Assembly (NCBI GenBank): GCA_965203165.1
Contig: OZ241849.1
Span: 2,093,786-2,157,785 of the forward strand
Source of the DNA: Dehalococcoidia bacterium
Lineage (GTDB): Bacteria; Chloroflexota; Dehalococcoidia; Bin125
DNA length: 64,000 bases
Direction of reading: 5' to 3'
A program made the translations under genes and the position numbers. Numbering within the stretch: position 1 is the stretch's first letter; the number at the start of each line of letters is the position of its first letter. Positions 41,068 through 50,242 of the stretch are shown here, in pieces. The notes beneath the pieces were generated by a model, which worked only from the letters and a program-made list of their open reading frames with translations, searched no databases and was not told the origin of the DNA.

Positions 41068-41721
41068 ATGCCCGTACCCGGTCTCCTCGGCAAGAAGCTC
41101 GGCATGGTGCAGGTGATCCGCGACGACGGGAGCGTGGTCGGCTGCACGGTGCTCGAGGTCGGTCCCTGTCCCGTGACGCAGCTGAAGACGCCGGAGCGCG
41201 ACGGCTACGCTGCTGTGCAGCTGGGCTTTGGCGCGGTGCCGGACTGGCGGGTGTCAAAGCCCGAGCGAGGGCACACAGGCAGCAACGGCGCGCTGCGCAC
41301 ACTGAGCGAATTCCGCGTGGAACCGGAGCAACTGGACGATGTTGAACTCGGCGCGCTGCTCCAGGCCAGCGAGATATTCAGTGTCGGCGACCGCGTTGAT
41401 GTGCAAGGCTTGTCCAAGGGCAAAGGGTTCGCTGGCGTGGTCAAGCGGCACGGTTTCCGCGGAGGGCCGCGGACGCACGGACAGAGCGATCGGCACCGCG
41501 CGCCCGGCTCGGTCGGCGCGGGCACCACGCCCGGGCGGGTGCTGAAGGGCACGCGGATGGCGGGGCGGATGGGCGGCCGGCGGCGCACTTCGATGAATTT
41601 GCGCGTCGTCGAAATTAATGTGGAGCGGAACCTCGTGTACGTTGAGGGCTCCGTGCCGGGCGCGACCAACGGCACGGTGCGCATTCGCCAGACCAAGCGG
41701 CGGGGCGGGAAGAAGCGATGA
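41068..41721 (+). CDS. rplC: 50S ribosomal protein L3
   Basis: LLGKKLGM.Q....G..V..TV.E. Internal ATG at 41068 of track ORF 40918..41721. Confidence 0.95.
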   Translation: MPVPGLLGKKLGMVQVIRDDGSVVGCTVLEVGPCPVTQLKTPERDGYAAVQLGFGAVPDWRVSKPERGHTGSNGALRTLSEFRVEPEQLDDVELGALLQASEIFSVGDRVDVQGLSKGKGFAGVVKRHGFRGGPRTHGQSDRHRAPGSVGAGTTPGRVLKGTRMAGRMGGRRRTSMNLRVVEINVERNLVYVEGSVPGATNGTVRIRQTKRRGGKKR

Positions 41722-42395
41722 AGCTGCCGGTACTGGACGCCGCGGGCGAGCAGGTCGGCGAGATCGACGCCGACGACAGCGTGTTCGGCATCGAGCCGAA
41801 CTTGGGCGTCGTGCATCAGGCCGTGCTGGCCTACCGGGCGAATCAGCGCCAGGGCACGCACAACACGTTGAACCGTTCGGATGTCCGCCAAGCCAACACC
41901 AAGTCGCGCCGCCAGAAGGGCGGCGGGCGCGCCCGCCTCGGCGGTCCCTCTTCGCCTACGCGGATCGGCGGAGCGGTGGCGCACGGCCCGCATCCGCGCT
42001 CCTACCGTCAGCGGATGCCGAAGCGCATGCGCCGCCTGGCGATTCGCTCAATGCTCTCGCAGCGCGCAGCGGAGGGCGGGATTGTGGTAACCGCGCCCGA
42101 TCTGGCCTTCGAGCCGCGCAGCGGGGCGATGAACAAGCTGTGCCGCGCGCTGGGCGTGGAGCGAAACGCGTTGCTGGTCAGCGACGGGCTGGACGAAAAT
42201 CTCGTGCGCGGCACCCGCAACCTCCAACACATCAGTGCCAGCTTGGCTGACACGCTCAACACCTACCTGCTGATCACGCACGACCGGCTGATCATGACCG
42301 AAGCCGCCGTGCGGCGGGTCGAATCGCTGTGGGCGCTGCCCGCAGGCGGCCCGGCGGATGATCCTGAGTCGGCAAGCGACGGCGAGGGCGGCTGA
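41718..42395 (+). CDS. rplD: 50S ribosomal protein L4, acidic C-terminal tail
   Basis: QAVLAYRANQRQGTH.T..RS.V....K..RQKGTGRAR. Confidence 0.95.
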   Translation: MKLPVLDAAGEQVGEIDADDSVFGIEPNLGVVHQAVLAYRANQRQGTHNTLNRSDVRQANTKSRRQKGGGRARLGGPSSPTRIGGAVAHGPHPRSYRQRMPKRMRRLAIRSMLSQRAAEGGIVVTAPDLAFEPRSGAMNKLCRALGVERNALLVSDGLDENLVRGTRNLQHISASLADTLNTYLLITHDRLIMTEAAVRRVESLWALPAGGPADDPESASDGEGG

Positions 42396-42396
42396 G

Positions 42397-42696
42397 ATGC
42401 CCAAAGAGATTCACCCCTACGCCGTGCTGCGGCGGCCGATCATCACCGAGAAGAGCACGGAACTGAGCGAACAGCGCAAGTACGTCTTCGAGGTGGACCC
42501 GCGCGCGAACAAGATGCAGATTAAGGAAGCTGTGGAGATCGCGTTCGGCGTGAGAGTGCGCAAGGTGAACGTGATCAACGTGCGGGGCAAGGAGCGCCGC
42601 GTCGGGCGCTCCCGGCCCGGCCGCGAGCGCGACTGGAAGAAGGCGATCATCTCGCTCAGCGAGGGCTACGAGATCCGCCTGTTCGAGGGGGTCTGA
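42397..42696 (+). CDS. rplW: 50S ribosomal protein L23
   Basis: [14 protein letters not shown]...KYVFEVD..ANK..IK.AVE. Internal ATG 42397. Confidence 0.93.
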   Translation: MPKEIHPYAVLRRPIITEKSTELSEQRKYVFEVDPRANKMQIKEAVEIAFGVRVRKVNVINVRGKERRVGRSRPGRERDWKKAIISLSEGYEIRLFEGV

Positions 42697-42697
42697 G

Positions 42698-43540
42698 ATG
42701 CCGCTGCGAAACTTCAAACCCACCTCGCCCGGGCGCCGCAACGCCTCCGGCCACACGTTCGAGGAGATCACCAAGAAGAAGCCGGAGAAGAGCCTGCTCG
42801 CGCCGCTGAAGAAGAAGTCCGGGCGCAACCAGCAGGGCCGGATCACCGTGCGCCACCGCGGCGGCGGCCACAAGCGCCGCTATCGAATCATCGACTGGAA
42901 GCGCCGCGACCGAATCGGCGTGGAAGGCCGCGTCGCGGCGATCGAATACGACCCCAACCGCAGCGCGCGGATTGCGCTGGTCGTCTACAGCGACGGAGTG
43001 AAGCGCTACATCCTCGCGCCCGTCGGGCTGAGTGTGGACGATCGCGTGGCGACCGGCCCCGAAGCGCCGATTCGCACCGGCAGCGCGCTGCCGATGAGCG
43101 CGATTCCCAACGGCACGCAAGTGCATAACGTCGAACTGACCGAGGGGAAGGGCGCACAGATCGTGCGCTCCGCGGGCGCGAGCGCGCAGATCATGGCGAA
43201 AGAGGGCAGCTACGTACTGCTGCGCCTGCCCTCCGGCGAGATGCGCCGCATCCGCGCCGCCTGCTACGCGACGATCGGCCAGGTCGGCAACGTCGAGCAC
43301 AGCAACATCAAGCTCGGCAAGGCCGGCCGCAGCCGCCACCGCCGCCGCCGCCCCACGGTGCGCGGCTCCGTGATGAACCCCGTCGATCACCCCCACGGCG
43401 GCGGCGAGGGCAAAGCCCCCATCGGCCTGCCCGGACCCAAGTCCCCCTGGGGTTGGTATACGCTGGGCCGTCGGACGCGCGGTAAGAAACCTTCCGACAA
43501 ATACATCGTGCGCCGCCGCCGGCGCGGCCGGCGGCGCTAG
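42698..43540 (+). CDS. rplB: 50S ribosomal protein L2
   Basis: [17 protein letters not shown]; [15 protein letters not shown]. Confidence 0.97.
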   Translation: MPLRNFKPTSPGRRNASGHTFEEITKKKPEKSLLAPLKKKSGRNQQGRITVRHRGGGHKRRYRIIDWKRRDRIGVEGRVAAIEYDPNRSARIALVVYSDGVKRYILAPVGLSVDDRVATGPEAPIRTGSALPMSAIPNGTQVHNVELTEGKGAQIVRSAGASAQIMAKEGSYVLLRLPSGEMRRIRAACYATIGQVGNVEHSNIKLGKAGRSRHRRRRPTVRGSVMNPVDHPHGGGEGKAPIGLPGPKSPWGWYTLGRRTRGKKPSDKYIVRRRRRGRRR

Positions 43541-43551
43541 GGGGACGAGCG

Positions 43552-43836
43552 ATGTCGCGATCGACGAAAAAAGGTCCGTTCGTGGACTACAAGCTGCTCC
43601 GCAAGGTGCAGCGTGTCCGCGCGGCCGGCGCGCGCACAGTGATCACCACTTGGTCGCGGGCCTCGACGATCGTCCCCGAGATGGTCGGGCTGACCATCGC
43701 AGTACACGACGGCCGCCGCCATATTCCCGTCTTCATCACGGAGAACATGGTCGGCCACAAGCTGGGCGAGTTTGCGCCGACGCGCACCTTCCGGGGGCAT
43801 GTCGGCCGCTCGGACCGCTCAACGCGGGTGAGGTGA
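43552..43836 (+). CDS. rpsS: 30S ribosomal protein S19
   Basis: [14 protein letters not shown]; [14 protein letters not shown]. Confidence 0.97.
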   Translation: MSRSTKKGPFVDYKLLRKVQRVRAAGARTVITTWSRASTIVPEMVGLTIAVHDGRRHIPVFITENMVGHKLGEFAPTRTFRGHVGRSDRSTRVR

Positions 43837-43837
43837 G

Positions 43838-44176
43838 ATGCAAGTCCAGGCCTCAGCCAAGTTCGTACGCGGTTCGCCCCGCAAGGTGCGCCTGGTCATG
43901 CAGGGCATCCGCGGTCTGCCAGTCGACGACGCGCTGTTGCAGCTGCGCTTCACGCCCAAACCGATCGCCCGCGAAGTGGCCAAAGTGCTCGAATCGGCCG
44001 TGGCCAATGCCGAGAACAACTACGCGCTGGATCGGGATGGGCTGACTGTGCATTCGATCTACGCCGGCGATGGGCGGACGCTGCGCCGCTTCCGCGCCAA
44101 GGCGCGCGGGCGGGTCGGGCGAATCCTGCGGCGCACCAGCCACATCACCGTCGTCGTGACGGACGAAGGGAGCTGA
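43838..44176 (+). CDS. rplV: 50S ribosomal protein L22
   Basis: Conserved L22 core; position between rpsS and rpsC. Confidence 0.93.
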   Translation: MQVQASAKFVRGSPRKVRLVMQGIRGLPVDDALLQLRFTPKPIAREVAKVLESAVANAENNYALDRDGLTVHSIYAGDGRTLRRFRAKARGRVGRILRRTSHITVVVTDEGS

Positions 44177-44178
44177 GC

Positions 44179-44928
44179 GTGGGCCAGAAAGTACACCCGA
44201 CCAGTTTCCGCATCCCGACCATCTACGGCTGGCGCAGCCAGTGGTACGCCGGCAAGGATTACGCGAAGCTCGTGCAGGAAGACATCGAGCTGCGCAAGTT
44301 CATCAATGGGCGGCTCGATGACGCCTCGATTTCGCGGATCGATATCCAGCGCAGCGCCGGCCAACTGCGGATCACGCTGCACACCGCGAAGCCGGGCATC
44401 GTGATCGGCCGCGGCGGGCAAAATGTGGACGAGCTGCGTCGCGTGCTGGGCGCCCGCACAGGGCGGCGCACCAACGTGGATGTCGAGGAAATCCGCACGC
44501 CGGAGCTCGATGCCAACCTCGTCGCGCGCAGCGTGGCGGAGCAGCTGGAACGGCGAATCGCCTTCCGGCGGGCGATTAAGCAGGCAGTGCAGCGGACGAT
44601 GCAGCGGGGTGCGGAGGGCGCGAAGATCATCATCAGCGGGCGGCTGGGCGGCGCGGAAATGTCGCGCAGCGCCAAAGAGATGGACGGCCGCGTGCCGCTG
44701 CACACGCTGCGCGCGGACATTGACTACGGCTTTGCCGAGGCGCGCACCGTGTTCGGGCGGATCGGCGTCAAAGTCTGGATTTACAAGGGCGAAATCCTGC
44801 CCTTCGAGCCGGAGGACCGCCCGGAGCAGGCGAGCGGTCCGGCCCAGGGCGTGCCCCCCCCGACTGGCTCGCCCTCGACCAGCTCGCCCCTGGCCGAGCG
44901 CGGCGACACCGAGGGAAGGAACGCCTGA
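44179..44928 (+). CDS. rpsC: 30S ribosomal protein S3, with a Pro-rich C-terminal tail
   Basis: GQKVHPT.FRI...W.S.WYA; KH domain. Confidence 0.96.
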   Translation: MGQKVHPTSFRIPTIYGWRSQWYAGKDYAKLVQEDIELRKFINGRLDDASISRIDIQRSAGQLRITLHTAKPGIVIGRGGQNVDELRRVLGARTGRRTNVDVEEIRTPELDANLVARSVAEQLERRIAFRRAIKQAVQRTMQRGAEGAKIIISGRLGGAEMSRSAKEMDGRVPLHTLRADIDYGFAEARTVFGRIGVKVWIYKGEILPFEPEDRPEQASGPAQGVPPPTGSPSTSSPLAERGDTEGRNA

Positions 44929-45347
44929 TGCTCCAGCCTCGCCGCGTCAAATGGCGTAAGCATCACCGCGGCCGCCGCCGCGGCCTCGCCCACTCGGGCA
45001 GCACGATCGCATTCGGCGAGATCGGCCTACAGTCGCTCGACGCGGCATGGGTCGACGGCCGCCAGATTGAGGCGGCGCGGCGCGCGATCACGCATTACGT
45101 GCGGCGCGGTGGCAAGGTCTGGATCCGCGTCTTCCCGGACAAGTCGGTGACGCAGAAGCCGGCCGAGACGCGGATGGGCAAGGGCAAGGGCGCGCCCGAG
45201 AAGTGGGTGGCGGTGGTGAAACCCGGGCGGGTGCTCTTCGAGATCGGCGGAATCGCGGAGGCCGACGCGCGCGAAGCGCTGCGCCGCGCGAGCCACAAGC
45301 TGCCCGTGCGCACGCGCGTGGTGGTGCGCGAGACGGAGGTCGTCTAG
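44928..45347 (+). CDS. rplP: 50S ribosomal protein L16
   Basis: MLQP.R.K.RK.H.GR; ATGA-type overlap with rpsC. Confidence 0.96.
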   Translation: MLQPRRVKWRKHHRGRRRGLAHSGSTIAFGEIGLQSLDAAWVDGRQIEAARRAITHYVRRGGKVWIRVFPDKSVTQKPAETRMGKGKGAPEKWVAVVKPGRVLFEIGGIAEADAREALRRASHKLPVRTRVVVRETEVV

Positions 45348-45349
45348 CG

Positions 45350-45823
45350 ATGCCCAACCCACTCGCCGATGAAGCGCGCGCACTCTCCGATCTGGAACTG
45401 GGCGAGGCGATCAACGAGGCCTACCGCGAAATGTTCAATCTCCAGTTCCAGCGCGGCACGCGTCAGCTGCAAAACCCGATGGCGATTCGCGCCGCGCGGC
45501 GGCAGATCGCGCGTCTGCGCACGATCTACCGCGAGCGCCAGCAGGGCGAGGCGGGCGGCGTGCCGCTGGCCCGTCCCACCGCTCCCGCTGTCCCGCCGCC
45601 CAGCGCGGACGCGCCGGCTGAGGAGGACGCTTCGGTGGCCGAGGCCGAGGCCGAGCCGGTGGAGGGCGACGCAGAACCGACCGCAGCGGCCGACCCGTCC
45701 GCGGCCGACACAGCGCTGCCCAGCGAGGACGCGTCGGCTGAGGAGGGCGCTTCGGCGGCCGAGGCTGAGCCGGTGGAGAGCGACGCAGAGCCGACCGCAG
45801 CGCAGACGAGCAAGGACGAGTAA
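45350..45823 (+). CDS. rpmC: 50S ribosomal protein L29 with a ~90-aa acidic Ala/Glu/Asp-rich repeat tail
   Basis: L29 core L..LEL.EA.NEAYREMFNLQFQ in the first 65 aa. The tail carries two ~25-aa repeats (DASVAEAEAEPVEGDAEPTAA / GASAAEAEPVESDAEPTAA). Confidence 0.85.
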   Translation: MPNPLADEARALSDLELGEAINEAYREMFNLQFQRGTRQLQNPMAIRAARRQIARLRTIYRERQQGEAGGVPLARPTAPAVPPPSADAPAEEDASVAEAEAEPVEGDAEPTAAADPSAADTALPSEDASAEEGASAAEAEPVESDAEPTAAQTSKDE

Positions 45824-45826
45824 AGC

Positions 45827-46234
45827 ATGGCCCGCAAACAACGAGTCGGGTTCGCCGCGGCCGATGCCGCCCAGAAAACGGTGGTGGTGCGTGTGGAACG
45901 CACCGTGCGGCACCCGCTATACAAAAAGACCATCCGCCGCCGCAAGCGCTACCTGGCGCACGATGAAGGTAACAACTGCCGCAACGGCGATCGCGTGCTG
46001 ATCGAGGAGTGCCGCCCGCTCTCGCGCCGCAAGACCTGGCGCGTGGTGGAAATCTTGGAACGGCGCGAGCTGGCCGAAATTCAGCCCGGCGAGATCGCCG
46101 CGCCGGCGATTGAGCCGGATGAGCCGCCCGCTCCCCCGGACGAGGCTGAGGCTGCACCGCAGGCCGCCGCGGCCGACGAGACCAAGGCGGGCGACGATGT
46201 GGGCGGCGCGGCGGAGAGCGAGGCGTCGGCATGA
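45827..46234 (+). CDS. rpsQ: 30S ribosomal protein S17, acidic C-terminal tail
   Basis: [24 protein letters not shown]...C..GD.V.I.E.RPLS..K.W.VVEI. Confidence 0.93.
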   Translation: MARKQRVGFAAADAAQKTVVVRVERTVRHPLYKKTIRRRKRYLAHDEGNNCRNGDRVLIEECRPLSRRKTWRVVEILERRELAEIQPGEIAAPAIEPDEPPAPPDEAEAAPQAAAADETKAGDDVGGAAESEASA

Positions 46235-46602
46235 TCCAGCAGGAATCCTCGCTCCGCGTGGCCGACAACTCAGGCGCACGAGTGATCAAGTGCATTCGCG
46301 TCCTGGGAGGCACCAAGCGCCGCTACGCGAGCGTGGGCGATACGATTGTCGCCACGGTCAAACAGGCCGATCCGGGCCGCGACATCCGCTCCGGTCAGGT
46401 CGTGCGCGCCGTCGTGGTGCGCGTCGCCAAGCAATACCGCCGACCGGACGGATCGTATATCCGCTTCGACGACAACGCCGCAGTCATTCTGGCCGGCGAC
46501 CAGCAAAATCCGACAGGAACGCGCATCTTCGGGCCGGTCGCGCGCGAACTGCGGGAAAAGAACTTCATGCGCATCGTCTCGCTTGCCCCGGAGGTGGTCT
46601 GA
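46231..46602 (+). CDS. rplN: 50S ribosomal protein L14
   Basis: [15 protein letters not shown]...CI.VLGG...YA.VGD. Confidence 0.97.
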   Translation: MIQQESSLRVADNSGARVIKCIRVLGGTKRRYASVGDTIVATVKQADPGRDIRSGQVVRAVVVRVAKQYRRPDGSYIRFDDNAAVILAGDQQNPTGTRIFGPVARELREKNFMRIVSLAPEVV

Positions 46603-46916
46603 TGCGTCGAATTCAGCGCGACGACTTGGTCGAGGTGCGCAGCGGCAAAAACAAAGGCGCGCGCGGGCAGGTGCGACAGGTGCTGCCCAAGCGCGACCGC
46701 GTGATTGTCCAGGGCGTCAACATGGTCAAGCGACACATGCGGCCGACCCAGATGGGAACGCCGGCCGGGATCATCGAGCGCGAAGCGCCGCTGCACCTCA
46801 GCAACGTGGCGGTAGTTTGCCCCTCATGCGACCGACCCGCGCGGGTCGGTTACAAGAAGCGCGCCGACGGACTCAAAGTCCGCGTCTGCAAGCGCTGTGA
46901 AGCGGATATCGACTGA
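46602..46916 (+). CDS. rplX: 50S ribosomal protein L24 (KOW domain) with a C-terminal CxxC...CxxC zinc-ribbon-like tail
   Basis: I.RDDLVEV.SGK.KGARGQV; tail VVCPSCDRPARVGYKKRADGLKVRVCKRCEADID. Internal ATG 46602 overlaps the L14 stop. Confidence 0.88.
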   Translation: MRRIQRDDLVEVRSGKNKGARGQVRQVLPKRDRVIVQGVNMVKRHMRPTQMGTPAGIIEREAPLHLSNVAVVCPSCDRPARVGYKKRADGLKVRVCKRCEADID

Positions 46917-47503
46917 TGGCGGATTCTCAGAACGACAGCAACGGCGCGCTGACCGAACCGCCTCGCCTCCTGCGGCGCTACCGCGACGAGGTTGCGCCGC
47001 GCATGATCGAGGAGTTCTCGTTCGGCAACCCGATGCAGGCGCCGCGGCTGACCAAAATCGTGGTCAACTCGGGCGTCGGCGAGGCCATCTCCGAAGCGAA
47101 GGCGCTCGACGAGGTGACGGCCGACCTCACCGCAATTTGCGGCCAGCGCCCGGTGATTACCCGCGCGCGCAAGTCGATCGCCAACTTCAAGCTGCGCGAG
47201 GGCAACGCGATCGGCGTCACCTGCACGATTCGAGGGCGGCGCATGTGGGAGTTCTTGGACCGCACAATCAACGCCGCACTGCCGCGCATCCGCGACTTTC
47301 AGGGCGTCTCCCGCACCGCGTTCGACGGGCGCGGCAACTACAGCCTGGGCATCCGCGAGCAGATCGTCTACCCGGAGGTTGACTACGGCGCGGTGGGCGC
47401 GGTGCGGGGGCTGCAAGTGAACATCATCAGCACGGCGCGCAACGACGCCGAAGGCCGCCGGCTGCTGGAACTGCTCGGAATGCCCTTCGAGCGGGCGCAG
47501 TAG
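46916..47503 (+). CDS. rplE: 50S ribosomal protein L5
   Basis: Conserved L5 core (PRL.KIVVN.GVGEA..., GRGNYSLGI.EQ..YPE). Confidence 0.96.
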   Translation: MADSQNDSNGALTEPPRLLRRYRDEVAPRMIEEFSFGNPMQAPRLTKIVVNSGVGEAISEAKALDEVTADLTAICGQRPVITRARKSIANFKLREGNAIGVTCTIRGRRMWEFLDRTINAALPRIRDFQGVSRTAFDGRGNYSLGIREQIVYPEVDYGAVGAVRGLQVNIISTARNDAEGRRLLELLGMPFERAQ

Positions 47504-47529
47504 CAGAAAGCGAAAGGCGCAGCCGACCG

Positions 47530-47934
47530 ATGCCAGTTACCGATCCCATCGCCGACATGCTCACGCGCCTGCGCAACGCGATTCAGGCCGGCCATCCGCG
47601 CGTCGCGATTCCCTCATCACAGCTCAAGGTCGCCATCGCCCAGGTGCTGGCCGACGAGGGCTTCATCAAGGAGTTTGATGTGCGCGATCGCGTCGGCGCA
47701 GCCGGACGCGAACTGCATGTCGAGCTGCTCTACCGCGAGGACGGCAGCTCGGTGCTCAGCGGACTCAAGCGCGTCAGCCGCCCCGGGCTGCGGGTCTACG
47801 TGCAGCGGCGAGAAATCCCCCGCCCCTACGGCGGACTCGGCGTCGCCATTCTCACCACCCCGCGCGGCGTGATGACCGGTCACCGCGCGCGGCAGGAAAA
47901 TCTCGGCGGAGAAGTCCTGTGCTTCGTCTGGTAG
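47530..47934 (+). CDS. rpsH: 30S ribosomal protein S8
   Basis: DPIADMLTR.RNA; ...TTPRGVMT...AR...LGGEVLC.VW. Confidence 0.97.
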   Translation: MPVTDPIADMLTRLRNAIQAGHPRVAIPSSQLKVAIAQVLADEGFIKEFDVRDRVGAAGRELHVELLYREDGSSVLSGLKRVSRPGLRVYVQRREIPRPYGGLGVAILTTPRGVMTGHRARQENLGGEVLCFVW

Positions 47935-47968
47935 TCCACCGCACGCCCACATGGGCGCAAGGGAAGGC

Positions 47969-48514
47969 GGCGCTGCGATGAGTCGTGTCGGACGCAAGCC
48001 CGTGCCCGTGCCCGCGGGCGTGACGATCGAAATCTCCGGACCGCTGGTGCGCGTCTCCGGGCCCAAAGGCGAGCTGCAACAGACGATCCACCCCGATCTC
48101 CACATCGTGCAGGACGACAACGAGCTGATCGTCACCCGCCCCTCGGACCGACGCGCGCACCGCGCGCACCACGGCCTGGCCCGCTCGTTGATCAACAACA
48201 TGGTCGTCGGCGTCTCCGACGGCTTCACCAAGTCGCTCGAAATTCAGGGCACGGGCTATCGCGCCGAGCTCGACGGTCAAACACTGGTGCTGCGCGTCGG
48301 CTTCTCGCACCTCGTCCGCATCGACCCGCCGGAAGGCATCGCCTTCGAGGTGGAAGGGCAACTCGTCCATGTGCGTGGCGCCGACAAGCAGGCTGTCGGG
48401 CAGCAGGCGGCCGAAATCCGCGCCGTGCGACCGCCCGAGCCCTACAAGGGCAAAGGCATTCGCTACCGCGGCGAGTGGGTGCGGCGCAAGCAGGGCAAGG
48501 GCGCGATCGCCTAG
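47969..48514 (+). CDS. rplF: 50S ribosomal protein L6
   Basis: [12 protein letters not shown]...I; two L6 alpha-beta domains. Confidence 0.95.
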   Translation, partial: GAAMSRVGRKPVPVPAGVTIEISGPLVRVSGPKGELQQTIHPDLHIVQDDNELIVTRPSDRRAHRAHHGLARSLINNMVVGVSDGFTKSLEIQGTGYRAELDGQTLVLRVGFSHLVRIDPPEGIAFEVEGQLVHVRGADKQAVGQQAAEIRAVRPPEPYKGKGIRYRGEWVRRKQGKGAIA

Positions 48515-48542
48515 GGCGATCGCACGACAGGGAGCGCAGCAG

Positions 48543-48902
48543 ATGCCGATTCGACGCAAACGCCGCACCACCCGCGCCGCGCGCAAGCGGCGGCACGCGC
48601 GCGTCCGCAAGCGCGTCCACGGCACGCCTCAGCGCCCGCGCCTCTCTGTCTTCCGCTCGCTCAATCACATCTATGGGCAAATCATCGACGACGACAGCGG
48701 TGCCACGCTGGCCTCCGCTTCGGACCTCAGCGGCGTCGACGGCAGCAAGACGGAGCGCGCCGCGGCCGTCGGCCGGCGACTCGCCGATGCGGCGCAGGCC
48801 GCCGGCGTGTCCGCCGTCGTGTTCGACCGCGGCGGCTACCGATACCACGGGCGCGTGCGCGCGCTCGCCGAAGCCGCCCGCGAGGGCGGCCTCGATTTCT
48901 GA
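48543..48902 (+). CDS. rplR: 50S ribosomal protein L18
   Basis: Basic N-terminus; [21 protein letters not shown]; [26 protein letters not shown]. Internal ATG of a longer track ORF. Confidence 0.95.
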   Translation: MPIRRKRRTTRAARKRRHARVRKRVHGTPQRPRLSVFRSLNHIYGQIIDDDSGATLASASDLSGVDGSKTERAAAVGRRLADAAQAAGVSAVVFDRGGYRYHGRVRALAEAAREGGLDF

Positions 48903-48929
48903 GCAGCGCACGGGGGACGGAGCAGTTCC

Positions 48930-49556
48930 ATGCAGCAGCGTTCGACACAGCAGCGGGACGGCGGCCGCGGCGGCCGCTTCCGCCGCGATGCGCCGCAGGA
49001 CGATTACATCGAGAAGGTCGTCGACATCAACCGCGTCGCCAAAGTGGTCAAGGGCGGGCGACGCTTCAGCTTCACCGCCGTCGTGGTCGTGGGCGACGGC
49101 GACGGGCGCGTCGGTGTGGGCATCGGGCGGGCCAACGAAGTGCCCGACGCGATCCGCAAAGGCGCGACGATCGCCCGCCGCGAGATGGTCGAAGTTCCGA
49201 TCCACAACGGCACAATCCCGCATCCGGTCACGGCGCGCTTCTGCGCTTCGCAGGTGCTGCTCAAGCCGGCCGCAGCGGGTACCGGCGTAATCGCGGGCGG
49301 CGGCGTGCGAGCCGTGCTCGAAGCCGTCGGACTGCGCAACGTGCTCAGCAAGTCGCTCGGCTCCAACAATGTCGTGAACGTGGTGCAAGCCACCATTCAG
49401 GGCTTGCAGGAACTGCGTGATCCGGTCGAGGCGCGCCGCGAGCGCCTGCGCCTGGCGGGGCGCCTCCCCGCCGAAATCGAAGCGCCGGCGCCGCCTCTCG
49501 AAGACGCGGCCGAGGCGGCCCCCGAGCCGCCCGCCGCCGCCGCAACCAGCGAGTAA
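48930..49556 (+). CDS. rpsE: 30S ribosomal protein S5, Pro/Ala-rich C-terminal tail
   Basis: [34 protein letters not shown]. Confidence 0.96.
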   Translation: MQQRSTQQRDGGRGGRFRRDAPQDDYIEKVVDINRVAKVVKGGRRFSFTAVVVVGDGDGRVGVGIGRANEVPDAIRKGATIARREMVEVPIHNGTIPHPVTARFCASQVLLKPAAAGTGVIAGGGVRAVLEAVGLRNVLSKSLGSNNVVNVVQATIQGLQELRDPVEARRERLRLAGRLPAEIEAPAPPLEDAAEAAPEPPAAAATSE

Positions 49557-49562
49557 CGGACC

Positions 49563-49748
49563 ATGGCCGAACTCGAAGTCACCTGGGTCAAAAGCGCGAT
49601 CGGCTATCGCAGCGACCAGGCCCAAACCATCAAATCCCTCGGCCTGCGCCGCCTCGGCCAGACCGTCCGCAAGCCCGACACCCCCGATGTGCGTGGTATG
49701 CTCGTCAAAGTCGCCCATCTGGTCAGCGTCGTTGAGGTGGAGGGGTAG
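49563..49748 (+). CDS. rpmD: 50S ribosomal protein L30
   Basis: 61 aa; L.VT.V.S.IG....Q...L.SLGLRR...TV. Confidence 0.9.
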   Translation: MAELEVTWVKSAIGYRSDQAQTIKSLGLRRLGQTVRKPDTPDVRGMLVKVAHLVSVVEVEG

Positions 49749-49750
49749 CG

Positions 49751-50242
49751 ATGCCGCTGCGGTTGCACGACCTGCGCCCCAATCCGGGCGCGCGCAAGAA
49801 GCGTAAGCGTGTCGGACGCGGCAACGCCTCCGGTAAGGGCACCTACTCCGGGCGCGGGTTGAAAGGTCAGCGCTCGCGCGCCGGCCGCGATTACAATGCC
49901 GTCTTCGAAGGCGGCGCAATGTCGATGATGCGCACACTCCCGCGCCGTCGCGGCTTCAAACACCGCGGACGCATCGAGTACCTGGCGATCAACGTGGTCG
50001 AGTTGGCTCGCCGCTTTGCGCCGGGCGACGCGGTCGACGCGGAGGCGTTGGTCGAAGCGCGGCTGCTGCGCCGCGCAAGCCAGCCCTACAAAATTCTCGC
50101 CGGGGGTCCGATCGAACACGCGCTGCACGTGCGCGCCGAGCGCGTCTCCCCCGCCGCGCGCGCGAAAATCGAAGCCGCAGGCGGCTCCGTTGAGGTGATC
50201 AATGCAACGAGCGCAGACAGCAGCGGGCCCGACCAGGCCTAA
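49751..50242 (+). CDS. rplO: 50S ribosomal protein L15
   Basis: L..L.P.PGA.K.RKRVGRG..SG.GKT.GRG.KGQ. Confidence 0.95.
   Translation: MPLRLHDLRPNPGARKKRKRVGRGNASGKGTYSGRGLKGQRSRAGRDYNAVFEGGAMSMMRTLPRRRGFKHRGRIEYLAINVVELARRFAPGDAVDAEALVEARLLRRASQPYKILAGGPIEHALHVRAERVSPAARAKIEAAGGSVEVINATSADSSGPDQA

Noticed and set aside
47503-47530. Conclusion that S14 and L36 are absent from the organism
   Set aside because: Only their absence from the canonical operon positions can be seen here. The genes may be elsewhere in the genome.
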